39,506 nt of DNA from Vermamoeba vermiformis (taxonomy: Eukaryota): assembly GCA_045837725.1 (NCBI GenBank), contig JBEWZL010000204.1, positions 62,001-101,506 of the forward strand. The letters are read 5' to 3'. The translations under genes were made by a program, and so were the position numbers. Numbering within the stretch: the stretch's first letter is position 1; each line of letters starts with the position of its first letter. Under the pieces are notes generated by a model. The model was not told the origin of the DNA, did no database searches, and was given only the letters and a program-made list of their open reading frames with translations. Below are positions 22,442-34,300 of this stretch, piece after piece.

Positions 22442-25377
22442 TTACAGCATACTACTATCTTGACACTCGACTTCACAATTTTCAGCCACCCAAGTCAGTA
22501 TAGGACATTCTATACTATTCTCCGTTGCTTTACAATATTTAGCAACGATGGTATTCATGGGTGTGTTGCTGAAGAACGAGGTGAACTGATTTCCTGCAAT
22601 GTCCAAGTGCGTGAGGCTCGAGACATTCATCGCGGGCAAGTCGAATGCACCTTGAAGCGCATTGCCCCGCAAGTCAATTTCTTTCAAGTACTTGTAGCCA
22701 CTGCCATCAAATGTGCCGTTCAGGTAGTTGCGCGGCACGATCAGCGATGTTAAGTAGCGGCCCAATGGCGGCAGAGAGCCGTGAAATTTGTTGAAGCTGA
22801 GATCAACATTCTTGAGATTTGACGACGAGTAGTCAGGTATAGTGCCGTTCAAATTGTTAATGGACAAGTCGAGGTACTTCAACGTGCTAGTGATTATCTC
22901 TGGCAAAGTGCCCGTCAAGGTCATGAGACTCAAGTCCAAGGACTCCAAGCTCGGCAGCTGCAAGTAGTGCTCTGGCATCGTGCCCGAGAATTTGTTGCCG
23001 TCGAACCCAATGGTCTTCAGCGACGTCAAGTTGCGCAAGTCGGGTAATTCTCCTTCCATATTGGCGTAACTAATTTGCAATTTTTCAAGCTTCGAGAGCT
23101 GACCAATTGACGTGGGCAAAGGACCGTAGAGATGACCCACAGAGAGCCACAATATGCGCAAGTCCTTCAAGTTGCCGATGCTCGCGGGCAAAGTGCCATT
23201 GAACATGTTAGCGATGAGATAGATGCTTGTGACACGTCCTGCATCGTCGCACTCCACGCCAGTCCAGCTGCAATGTTGCACTCTCTTGTCGTCGACGGGC
23301 CAGAATGTTTGGCCGACCCAATGCGGTCCATCGAGGGCGTAGAACAGCTCCAATAATATGGCCCTTTCCCTCAAATTCTCGGAGTCATCGGTCGGGTGCG
23401 GTGGTTGCAAGGGCTTCATCGGCACGAAGATGTCGTGCGTGGGCAAGATGACCAGCGCCATTACTAGCCCTAGAGCTGCGACCACTGAGATGAGAATGGC
23501 AATCACTACTTTGAGCCATCTAGTTGAGGTCGTTATGGGCCCGTTAGTTGAACCGATTGGCACGTGAACATCGCGATCTGCTTTGGTTTTCATCGGCGAT
23601 GATTGATGTTGACCTTTGAGTGACTTGACGTACTGCTCGTACATGGCATCGATCACTTTGTTCACGCGATCGACGTCTGATTTCACGCTTTGAATGTCGT
23701 TGTAGTTCTGTTTGATTGACTCGCTCAGGTACGGGATCAGCGACTCGTAGTCCACATGAAGAATTCCTAATATAGTAATTAGCACGGCGCGAACTCCGAG
23801 TAGAGCAGCAACAATCACGTAGATTTCGATAAAATAAACAACAGTCGTTAAATAATTGTGCGCCAAATGCACATCCGGAAAATTGCCGGTATTCGATGTG
23901 CATCAAGCCGGAAATCAACTGTGTGGTTTAATTGCACGTACCATCTATTAGCTGCACTGCCTCGGGTACAACGCTCTCGATCTGCTGCGCAATGTAGCCG
24001 ATGAACCGTTTATTCGCGGCATGACTGACGCCATCTTTGAACTTGTATTCAACGCCGTCGATTTGCAACAGCGATGCTCGACAGTCGTGGTCTGCGTTGA
24101 GGGTAAAATTAGAATCAGATTCACTGAAAATATCGTGTCAACGACCAAAAGTGTCGCTGTCAAGCGATGACAGATCAAAAAAGATTTTCAATGTGAGCGA
24201 GATTTACACATATGAGATTGAATTACTATGCAAATTCATTGTAATGTGTTAAATTAAAGTTTTTTGGTGGTAGATCTTACCTTCATCGAGCAGCCGAATA
24301 TCTTCTTTGAGATTGATATCTGAAGCCTTATAAAAGTTAAGAGCTCTAAAATTTCCAATTACTTCGGCATTGCCATTATATAGCACCATATAATTCTCAT
24401 TTTGAGCGCTAAACATGAATATTAATTATTGCAAAACGGATTTTCGAAAGGATCGCGTACTTTTGCGGTTGTAGCTGATTCGTATTTGTATTGTGGTATT
24501 GATTGTAATCCCAGTGATATTGTTGATCGTATGAATAATGCTGGTAGTTATCGGACTCATTAATTTCTGCATCCGAAGTTGAAACGTGCATTGCGTTGGA
24601 TGAAGAATCATCGGGTGAGCTGTTGTATTCTTGAGATCCACTACTATGATACGCGGAGTAATCCGGTATATTTGCAGGCTCCGTTTTATCGTTAGGAAGC
24701 CAGACGATCGGCATTACAGCTAGTAAAAATGTGTTTAAAATGCGATCGAGCCGGGAAAATAATCAAAACATTAATATTATTATATTACCTTCATTTTCAA
24801 ATTCGTTCTCTTCTGCTTGTCGTTTCTTGGGGAGCAATTCCCACAGGGCAGATTTACCACTTTGAAGGAACTCTTTTTCATTAAAACACTCCACAATAAT
24901 CTGGAAAAATCTGCTTTTGAATCTTCTGAAGTCAAATACGCCTTGGTTGATTTTTAGACGTAAAATAACGCCTTCTTGGCCATTTGAGTCTTGGGATGCC
25001 TGGAAGAGAACCGGATTTCTCTTTGCCCAACTAAAACAATTATCTGGCTCGTATTTAACGTTGCCTAATTTATCTGTGCATGCTAATTTGATATTTAAAT
25101 CGAACTGAATGTTGCTCTGCTTGATAGTGAGTCCAAACTGCGGTTCTGTTTTTGTTTCCGCTGCTCCGAGTGGCTTATTGAGAGGTACAAATAATCGAAA
25201 TATATTCCTTATATGCAACTTCTCCATTGCGCGGCATTGATATGAAAAAAAATCGGATCGCTTTACGAGACCTGTCACATTGATTGACAGCTGATGATTT
25301 TCTATTCGAAACCTTTAAGAAGGGATTATATCGTTCTTTGTAATCTTAATCTTACGGATTTACTCAATGCTAATCAT
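22442..25377 (-). CDS. MYRF/MrfA-like membrane-tethered protein: putative Ig-fold DNA-binding domain, peptidase S74/ICA autocleavage domain, coiled coil, TM helix and LRR ectodomain
   Basis: Exons about 25312-24789, 24719-24461, 24408-24281, 24091-23942 and 23766-22442 splice in frame at GT-AG sites. The 5' mini-exon from ATG 25377 is tentative. ICA: ALNFYKA-SDINLKEDI...LLQIDGVEYKFK...IGYIAQQIESVVPEAV..G|ILHVDYESLIPYLSESIKQ. TM: VVIAILISVVAALGLVMALVIL. LRR cap ERAILLELF..W..CSWTGVECD, then plant-type LxxLxLxxNxLxGxLP repeats. Confidence 0.85.
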
Positions 25378-25801
25378 ATAAGTGACTGTTTAAGCATTTG
25401 ATGATTCAGATCGGTTTCGGTTCGGAGCTCAGGTCCGAAAAGTCTGTAGTCCATGATATTATAACCATTGTACCATTAATGCTACCTCCTTTTTTTATAT
25501 TGTGAAGGCAATGATCCTGTATCATTGCCAGAGATTTTAGGATGCGACACAGCTGACGCGTTACTTCGTTGGATTAGTAATTCCGGTGTAGCAGGATCGA
25601 AACCTGCCGAGCCTTGCGCTGCAAATCGAAGTAGTTGATGTTCACGAAACGAGTGCAGTGCGAGGCTTGTGGTGTAATTGGTTACATACCTCGAACGCGT
25701 GGCGCTGACATCCTTTGTTTTTTTTGCTAAATCCGCTTCTATCTGATTGATTTCATTCGCTAGTCGTTATTAAGCAATATTTACATTGTATTACACTCGC
25801 A

Positions 25802-26064
25802 TTATCCATAGATTCTCTTTCCATCGTCGTCAATGTTCTGCAAGAAGAATGCCACTTCCGTAACAAACTCTAAAAATTTGTCTTTTGTGTCGCCTTTCAG
25901 TCCAACTTCGTCCACTGCTGCACGCATGTGTTCGAGCCACCGCTCGGCTGCGGGCTTTGTGATTGGAAAGCGCACGTGACGAGCTCGGAGAGCTGGGTGG
26001 CCTAAATATTACTTTTGTTGAGTAAAATCTCATGAAAATTAGATTAAACCAAATATTGTTAGGT

Positions 26065-26101
<37 letters not shown>

Positions 26102-26540
26102 AATATTAATTATAACAACGTGAATTGATCGGCACAAACAATGGCAATTTATGGTTAATTTAATTATTCTTGTTCAGAATTGTTTCAGTGAATAATTCCA
26201 ACGCCGTTACTTCATTTTTGCAAACTACTAACAGTGTTATAAGGTTTAAATATAGCATCAATAAATTATAATAAACAATAACCTTGGAATTTTGTCAACT
26301 GATCTCCGTACCTTTTCTTTGCGAGTAAAGTGGAGGACCGCCAAATCTTTGTATAAAAAATTCGTATTGATCTTTAATAGCATTTTCTATGGGACTCTTA
26401 AACATTCCTCTAAACCACTCGTCCGGATCTGCATACACACGGGTGTAAAAAGCTGTGCTAATTTTAATGATGGTTTCTTGGCCTCCTAATTCATCAACGA
26501 ATGAATCTCCATGGTCCAGTCTGTAAGGTGAATGTTGCAT
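25802..26540 (-). CDS. Group II truncated (2/2) haemoglobin, GlbO/plant GLB3-like; 2 exons
   Basis: LGG.ETI...STAFYTRVY...[41 protein letters not shown]. Intron 26311-26002; stop at 25802. Confidence 0.93.
26067..26100. repeat. 34-nt poly(T) homopolymer inside the globin intron
   Basis: Directly visible run of T. Confidence 0.95.
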
Positions 26541-27045
26541 CGCGGTCGTGTGTTTTTGATCTGATGAAAATTCGAAAACTGAAATTTTCAGCTCCCGCAG
26601 AATGACCCAGACCCGTCAGGGAATAAAAAGATTATAATGTCTATTGTATTCGAAGGTTTATATTATATTCAGCATAAACCCCGCCGGATTTGAAAGAAAA
26701 TATCGGGGTGTCATCCGAAGAGAGCTTACGCATCTAACGTTACCATATTGCGCGTCAATTAAATCAAGAGGATTAGCGTGCGAATTTTTTGCCCGAAAGT
26801 TCTTCTTGGGAACCCGGGTTGCAACAAAACGAAAACACTTCTGCTTCGCATTCTAAGAGTATGTTCCTGTTTTTCACATTTTAGTTCTAATAATAAACGA
26901 ATGGTTCAACGTTAGTCAAATCGATGACGCGGAGCAATGTTTTTTGCGTCGGTCTAAAAGTCTCGGACCCGACTTCAAAACTGTTTATTTTGCCGCAATT
27001 TACTTAAAACCGTGAAATACAGCATCAACACATCAGCTTCATAGA

Positions 27046-29307
27046 ATGACCGAGTTTGTTAGCCCTGTAGGCAGTCCTATTCAAGATCTCGTCTTCCATC
27101 TTCCTCCCGAACAGAGAAAACAAAAGTACAACGTACTTCTGCTCGAAGGAATCGATCAATTAGCCGTTGATAGATTAAAAGACGAAGGATACATGGTCGA
27201 GTCATTAAAAGCAACTTTGGATCCACAGGAATTGAAAGAAAAAATTAAAACGGTTCACGCCATAGGGATCAGGTACGTTAAACTCTTGCAATTTGAATAA
27301 ATATTAATACAATAATTAACTTTAATGTCAATGAATAGAAGCCGCACTCATTTGACGGAAGATATTTTGCTCGAAGCGCGCAATCTGCTTTGTATTGGAA
27401 CATTTTGCATTGGCACGAACCAAGTCGATTTAAAAGCTGCCGAAAGACTAGGAGTAAGTATCATATTAGTCAGGCTTCGAATAATTATCTGCATTTTCCG
27501 AAATCGATCCCGCACATTTCCTAACTTTTTGTGATCTCATTAGATCCCAGTCTTCAACTCTCCCTTTTCAAACTCTCGCAGCGTTGGTATGTATTAATAC
27601 AATATATAACGTCCATTGTGCAAATGGCTGACTAGTTCTTGACAGCTGAACTGACAATCGGTCAAATCATCGCTTTGTCGCGTAGATTGGGCGAGAAAAA
27701 TTTGGAAATGCACAAAGGTACTTGGAATAAGGTAATTAATAATATCCACCTTGCTCCTTAATTTTCAGAATACTCATAATCTCAAACTCCGATCAGAGCG
27801 CAAAAGGTTGTTACGAGATCCGTGGTAAAACGCTTGGTATTGTGGGCTATGGTCATATTGGCTCTCAAGTAAGTCGTTAATAGTAAGATATTTTCAAATG
27901 TCTTGTCAATATGTGGTACGATTTTCAATCATTCGTGATACCGAATGGACAAAATGTCTCATCTGGCACAAATTCAATGAGCGATTTATTGTATAAATAG
28001 AAGAATTAATATAGAAAATTTAACCGTTACAGCGGTGTACGGCGGAACGTGTCAACGGTTACTAATAGCTATTTTCCACATCCAGCTCTCCGTATTGGCC
28101 GAGTCAATGGGCATGAACGTCATTTACTACGACATCAATCCTGTCATGCCACTCGGCAACAGCACTGCCATGAGTAACTTGGATGAATTACTAAAGAAGG
28201 TAATACTCGTCGTATAAATGATTCAAAGTTTATATGAAGCTTTCTCTTACGTGCCGTAGCACATATACTCTGCTTCTTAATAACTTTCACGTTCGTAATT
28301 TTAATGCGGATCCGGTTTGACATTCATTCTGTAGGCCGATTTCGTGACGCTGCACGTGCCCGAAACTCCACTCACGAAGAACATGATCACAAAACAACAA
28401 TTGCGATTGATGCGCAAGGGCTCTTATTTATTGAACGCGTCGCGAGGTACCGTTGTGAACATTCCAGACCTGGTAGAGGCTTTGAAGGCCGGTCACTTGG
28501 GCGGTGCTTACATCGATGTATTTCCGACTGAACCTGCGGGCAATTCTGACGGCTGGATCAATCCGTTTGAAGAGTAAGTTGCTGATAACCTTGTGGAACA
28601 GCTTAATTTGACGAGTTCTAACGCCAATCGCAGGTGTCAAAACGTCATCTTGACGCCGCACATCGGTGGCTCGACAGTCGAGGCTCAAGCAGCTATCGGT
28701 GACGAAGTAGCCGCTAAGATGATCAATTACATTAACGCGGGCAAGACTATGGGCGCGGTGAACTTCCCCGAGATCAATCTGCCGTACGGTGGTCCGCGCA
28801 CTCATCGCATTTTGAACATTCATCGCAACAAACCTGGTGTTTTGAAGGTACCTCCTTTTATAAGCATATTTACCGCCTATAAGATAGCCTATACCTGAAA
28901 ATTACTAGTTTCGATTTGTTCTTATTAGTTCTTATGTATCTTAATATTATAGGCGCATACTTTTCGGGTAATTAATTCAGTTTTAACGCACGGGCCGATT
29001 TTCCTATTTTGTATCGCTCTGCAAGTAGCAGTGCAATCGTTCATATCTTGCAGCGCAATAACTTCGGACTAACGCAACCATTTAGGAAATCAACAACATT
29101 TTATCAGTTTACAACGTGGAAAGTCAAATTCTAAGGTAAACATAGAACGATTTCTGCTGTATGAAGTACTTCGTGCTAATAGTTGCAATCAGAACAATGG
29201 AAACTATTGGCTATTTGATAGCAGACGTCGATCAGAATGCTTCAGACGAAATCAAGTCACAAATTGACATGTTGCCTTCAACCATTAAGACAAGGATTCT
29301 TTATTAA
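27046..29307 (+). CDS. serA: D-3-phosphoglycerate dehydrogenase (E. coli/yeast type with C-terminal ACT domain); multi-exon
   Basis: LLLEGI, GIR|SRT, FCIGTNQVDL, VFNSPFSNSRSV|AE, RGKTLGIVGYGHIGSQ, TLHVPET, LLNASRG, TPHIGGST, ACT-domain HRNKPGVL; ends TIKTRILY*. Confidence 0.96.
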
Positions 29308-29329
29308 TTCCTGTACTGCTTTGTAATAA

Positions 29330-30220
29330 ATAACTCAATCTCACTTTGTTGTCATCAATTGATTGACATCTAGATGGCTGCTCTTCATTTAAAAACAATT
29401 GCCAATTTTAAAATACAACAAGCTGAAAGCCCCTTTTGACAATGGCAGATTCAATGATCACAGTTGTGCTAGCAAGTACCTTCATTGGTCAACAAGCAAA
29501 ATGGAGCAGCTGCATTACATAAATATTAATATCAAGATTATTTTGATTTATTACTGATACTTACCTAATCACTGTCAGGAGATAGGACAACAAAATTACC
29601 AGAGCTGGGCAAATTGATGCACATCTTGTGCTGTTAGGGCAACTTTTTGCCAACCCAAGTCCCAAGACCAAAGGTTATGTACACCAATTTCCCAAAGCCA
29701 TCCAACACCAGCTGTGACAGCCTACCCTTCACTCACCATTGACTCCACAGAAGTGTGTTCTGTATTGGGCAGCCCTGTGGATTGGGTAGGAGAAGGTTTG
29801 CATGGCCAAATTGGGTGTTATAGATTGAATGTGCACCCATCTGCAAATGGTGGCTAGCTAATTCTTGAATTTCAAATAAGTAGCTAATATCCTTTCCCCA
29901 AATAGGCAATTACAAGCTCACCCACAACGAAAGTTTATCCAGAGGAGCTTCCCTCTCTTTTATATGCAAGTTGGGGTGCATCCTGAACGTACAGCCCCCA
30001 TCCATAATGGTCTCCTCACAGGTACATGAAGGTTATGGCAGTGCAGGAAACAAAACCACCTAAAACAATAGTCTATTTTTCCATTTTCCTAACTTGCAGG
30101 CTTTCTATTGAAGTGCTTTTCATTTGTGAGACAACATTCTTACCAACACCACTCACAACAAACAAAGTGTTACCCCCCCCAAACTCCTCTCCCAGCACAA
30201 TGGGGATGTCAAAAAAATAA
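29330..30220 (+). pseudogene. Decayed, CpG-depleted gene relic
   Basis: Splice-like signals and a protein-like frame from 29586 (DNKITRAGQIDAHLVLLGQLFANP...QL*QP...WIG*EK...ID*MC) broken by TGA/TAG. Very few CG dinucleotides. Confidence 0.35.
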
Positions 30221-30365
30221 CTAATGTAGTGTGGTCCAGTTGTAGACCAACCACTGAGTTAATTGATAAAAGAAATATTTTTCAAAATTTGTTGGTGTGC
30301 AGATTAACAAAATGGATTAAATAACAATAATAATTACAGTTAGTGTAAAAGAGCCAAGGAATAAT

Positions 30366-30409
30366 ATTTAATACCCACTTATTTCATTTAATACCCACTT
30401 ATTTCATTT
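30366..30409. repeat. Perfect tandem duplication of 20 bp (ATTTAATACCCACTTATTTC x2 + ATTT)
   Basis: Directly visible; lies about 115 bp left of the first palindrome. Confidence 0.9.
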
Positions 30410-30757
30410 TCCTAGGAGTTAGGGGCAGGATTTGATGATCCACTAAGTTGATAAAAATCTCAAAAACAGAAAATGTTGTCAATTTTACGTGAAAATAAAT
30501 GAAATTTTGGTAAAATCTGTGACTGATCCTCTTACGGACCGTAAAAGGATGCAATTCTTTTCAAAAATTTGAGACCCATCCTTTAAGGGACCGTAAAGGG
30601 ATGGATTCTGAGTACCAGTTGGCACAAAGCACGGTCAAAGTGATCCTTTAAGGGGCCGTAAAAGGACGGTTCCCAGGGCATAGTCAACTACAGTCCTCTT
30701 ACGGACCATAAAAGGACAGGTCATGTGTGAGGCAAGTCGTGTCCCCAGAGCAGAACT

Positions 30758-30806
30758 TGACGACTCCAGGGATCGAACCTGCGCAGAAGGGGCACCAGGC
30801 AGACGC
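30758..30806 (-). pseudogene. tRNA-Ser-like 3' remnant (T-arm/B-box and acceptor 3' strand)
   Basis: Minus strand GCGTCTGCCTGGTGCCCCTTCTGCGCAGGTTCGATCCCTGGAGTCGTCA resembles the eukaryotic tRNA-Ser end GCGCAGGTTCGA.TCCTGCAGT.GTCG. A palindrome copy sits where the 5' half would be. Confidence 0.55.
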
Positions 30807-30984
30807 ATCCTTTTACGGACCGTAGAAGGACGGAATTCTTTTTTTGCGAGTTGAAGCAAATCCTTCGAGGGACCATAAAAGGATGGGTTGCGAGCACCAG
30901 TTGGTGCTCGGAACAATGAAACTGGTCCATTAAGGGACCATAAAGGGATGGGTCTTGAGTGACTCAAGTCCGCACACCAGTAGT

Positions 30985-31029
30985 TGGCCGCGCCAGGAAT
31001 CGAACCTGGGGTGCCAACAACCCAGAAGC
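30985..31029 (-). pseudogene. tRNA-like 3' remnant (His-like) with a perfect T stem-loop
   Basis: Minus strand GCTTCTGGGTTGTTGGCACCCCAGGTTCGATTCCTGGCGCGGCCA: CCAGG-TTCGATT-CCTGG, then 7 nt and A. No D-arm or 5' acceptor strand; directly follows a palindrome copy. Confidence 0.55.
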
Positions 31030-31390
31030 ATCCTGTTACGGACCGTAGAAGGACCCCAGTAAAGTAGCTTTTGTTGCAACGGGCCTCAATCTTGGTTGCA
31101 ACATGAAGTCGATCCTTGCACGGACCGTAGAAGGACAAGTTTTAGAAACAAAATCTCGAAGCAACATCCTTGGTCAGAAAGTGCGTCCCTGAAGAAGCTG
31201 TATAGGGATGAAGTGGGTGACATTACGCAAGTAAGCAGAATTAATAATTCTGCTGGAGTTCCAAAAAAGGAAATATCCTCCCAGAAAAAATCCTCCCAGG
31301 GAGGAAACCCAAGCAAGCATTGGATCAAATCTGAATCCTTTATTTTTACTTTTCACATACCGCAGAGCACCACAAGTGAACGCGCGAGCC

Positions 31391-34300
31391 ATGTCAGGGT
31401 AAGTAGCGAGCAGATGAAATTTCAAGTGAAATTTCGCCACCATCCTCTTATGGACCGTAAAAGGATGGGTTGTGCAGTCAAATTTTTTGTTTTTGTTCTT
31501 TTTCTGGGCTGTCCTTTTACGGACCGTAAGAGGATGGGTCTTGACCTGGTGCTGGGCCTTTACTTTGTCATGGGTCTTGTCTGGGTCTGGGGACCTGTCC
31601 TTTTACGGTCCATAAGAGGATGGGTCTTGGCCTGGTGTTGGGTCTGGACTTAGTCTTGGATCCTGACTGGGTCTTGGGACCTGTCCTTTTACGGTCCGTA
31701 AGAGGATGGGTTTGGACTTGGTATTGATCCTGACTGGGTCTTGGAACCTGTCCTTTTACGGTCCATAAGAGGATGGGTCTGGACTTGGCCTTGACTCTTG
31801 ACTCAGTGTTGGGTCTTGCCTGAGTGTTGAGCCCTGTCCTTTTACGGTCCATAAGAGGATGGGTCTTGGCCTGGTGTTGGGTCTTGACTTGGTCTTGGAT
31901 CCTGACTGGGTCTTGAGCCCTGTCCTTTTACGGTCCATAAGAGGATGGGTCTTGGCCTGGTGTTGGGTCTGGACTTGGTCTTGGATCCTGACTGGGTCTT
32001 GGGACCTGTCCTTTTACGGACCGTAAGAGGATGGGTCTTGTTTTACAGTTTTTTTTGCCAAGTGCTGATGCAATTTTTTTTAACAGAAACGGAAAAAAGA
32101 GTGGCCAGCCCAACCAACCCTACAAGCCACCAAGATCAACAGTCATCGAAGAGATGACCCCAGAGATGTGGGACGACTTTGCAACCACATCAACAACAAA
32201 GGGCCCAGCACCCAAAGCCAACCCCCCTCCCCAGGCACCCAAGGGCGCAGCGGCTCAGGTACCAACCCCAGTGGCAGCCAACCAAAGGGCAATCCAGCCA
32301 GCACAAGTCGTCCTGCCAAGAGTGGCGTCAAGCTTGCCACCCAGGGAAGAGCCTCACCAACAGGAGCAAGCAGCCACCTCCGAGTCGTTTTTGGACAACG
32401 ACACCAGCTTCACTGATACCCAGCTGGCAGCAATACTAACCCCAGAGTATGCCAAGCAGGCCCAACCCCAGGCCCCACCTCAGCCTGAGCCCAAGTCTCC
32501 CAATTCCCTGGTCTACGAGCTGCTCCCAAACATGACTGCAGCCAACACAGCAAAGAGTAGCTACAGCAGCCTCAAGAGGGAGACCTCCCAGGTCGAGGGC
32601 AGCTGGTGGTTGGAGCCAGACCCAGTGCTGAAGGTCATCCTGTTCAAGGGTGAGCTGTTTCCCGAAGGAGGCGGAGAACCGATCAAGGGGCTTGGCCTAC
32701 AGCTGTTTGTGGCAATCCGCAAGTCGTCAGGAGCGCATTGGATGGCCATGATAGATTACACGGACCCCTCGAACCCAGAAGGTTACTGCCTGACGGCCAA
32801 GTCAATGTGGAATGTCGACAAGACAAATCGACACATCCAGCAATGGGAAATGTGCCCAGTGGACAACAGGCTGGAGTGGCAGGCCAGGATCAACAACATG
32901 AGCGAGGCATACGACGCAGCTGTGAGCGAGGGCCCAGTCAAGCATACCACAGGCCTGACCGAAGCCCAAAAGAAGGTCGCAGACAGGCTGAAAGGCAAAG
33001 GCGAAGTGGACCTGACGTCAATGTTGGACGACGACGAGGATCAGTCAGCGGAGGAACAGCCTCAGGGAGAGGATGAGGAGGAGCCCATGCAGCTTGAAAA
33101 AGAGGTAAGAACCAAAAGATTTTTTTAAAATTCAAAGAGTGTCCTTTAAGGGACCGTAAGAGGAAGGGGTCACCACTAGTCCTGGATGGACTCAAAACCT
33201 GTCCTCTTAGGGTCTGTAAAAGGATGGGTCATGACTTAGACTTTGCCTGAGTCAAAACCTGTCCTCTTATGGACCGTAAAAGGATGGGTCAAGGCTGAAC
33301 AATTGCCTGGCTAGGAATCCATCCTCTTACGGTCCCTTAAAGGATGGGTAAGGCTTGAGGCTTTGCCTGAGTCAAGACCTGTCCTCTTACGGTCCCTTAA
33401 AGGATGGGTAAGGCTTGAGTCTTTGCCTGAGTCAAGACCTGTCCTCTTATGGTCCGTAAAAGGATGGGTAAGGCTTGAGTCTTTGCCTGAGTCAAAAACC
33501 CATCCTCTTACGGTCCATAAAAGGATGGGTCATGGCAGGGACTTTGCCTGAGCCAAGACCTGTCCTCTTACGGTCCCTTAAAGGATGGGTCATGCCTGGG
33601 ACTTTGCCTGACCCAAGGCATGTCCTCTTATGGTCCGTAAAAGGACAGGTTGGGCCTGTGTCTTTCCCTGAGTCAAGACCTGTCCTCTTACGGTCCGTAA
33701 GAGGATGAGTCAACCTATTGTTATTTGTTATTTTCCAAGTACTAATCCCCTGTTGTAGGAACCTCTCCCTTTGAAAACTCCACGCAAGGACCCCAACGCC
33801 CTCGAGCCTGTCAGTGATGACCTCAAGTTGCTGGCCACAGAGCTAGACTGGGCCACAAAGCAAAAGGAGAGCGCCGAGGCACAGAAGCTCAAGAAGGGGG
33901 TCGCTGTTAGTACCAAGAAGAAGAAGTCCGCCGAAGGCTCGGGCCCCGTCACATCAGACCCATCGGCTTTCGACGAAGTCATGACAAGGGGAGCCGAGTT
34001 GCTGGATTCGCCAGAATGCGGGGGGATGTTTGCAGGCGTTCCTTTTACAATAATGAAAAGGAGCCAGGAGAACTTCCTCAGACCTCTCCAGGAAGAGACA
34101 GTCCAAAACTTGATCAAGACCATATCAGTGAATTGGTTCGAGTACAGCCCAATGCTGGGAGTCATTTCTGCGAAACACTTCAAAAAGTTTGAAAGGTGGT
34201 ACTACATGGAAAGAAGACCTCCTTTGCCAAACTCCCTCATGGAATGCGTCACAGTGTTGGATGGTCAACATCGAATTGAAGCCTTGCACAGACTGGTCGA

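Larger units (their letters stand above)
30525..31136. repeat. Palindrome cluster A: 9 more-diverged copies, irregular spacing, unique spacers
   Basis: Copies begin near 30526, 30577, 30643, 30693, 30806, 30860, 30926, 31029 and 31112; core TCCT.TTACGGACCGTAA.AGGA. Confidence 0.92.

Noticed and set aside
23767-23872. Hydrophobic N-terminus of the 476-aa ORF as a signal peptide or TM of a stand-alone LRR protein
   Set aside because: This stretch is intron (23941-23767); splicing restores the continuous S74 motif PEAVQLIDG|ILHVDY.
26067-26100. Retroposon poly(A) tail
   Set aside because: No adjacent SINE/LINE body or target-site duplication is evident; it lies in an AT-rich intron.
30100-30150. 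LINE endonuclease-like motif IEVLFICET
   Set aside because: Too short, and no further endonuclease or reverse transcriptase motifs follow.
30758-31029. Functional tRNA genes
   Set aside because: No D-arm, no 5' acceptor strand and no intact anticodon stem; kept only as remnants.
31520-32030. Telomeric repeats (G/T-rich GGGTCTTG units)
   Set aside because: Not a tandem TTAGGG-type array; units are irregular, interleaved with palindromes and intronic.
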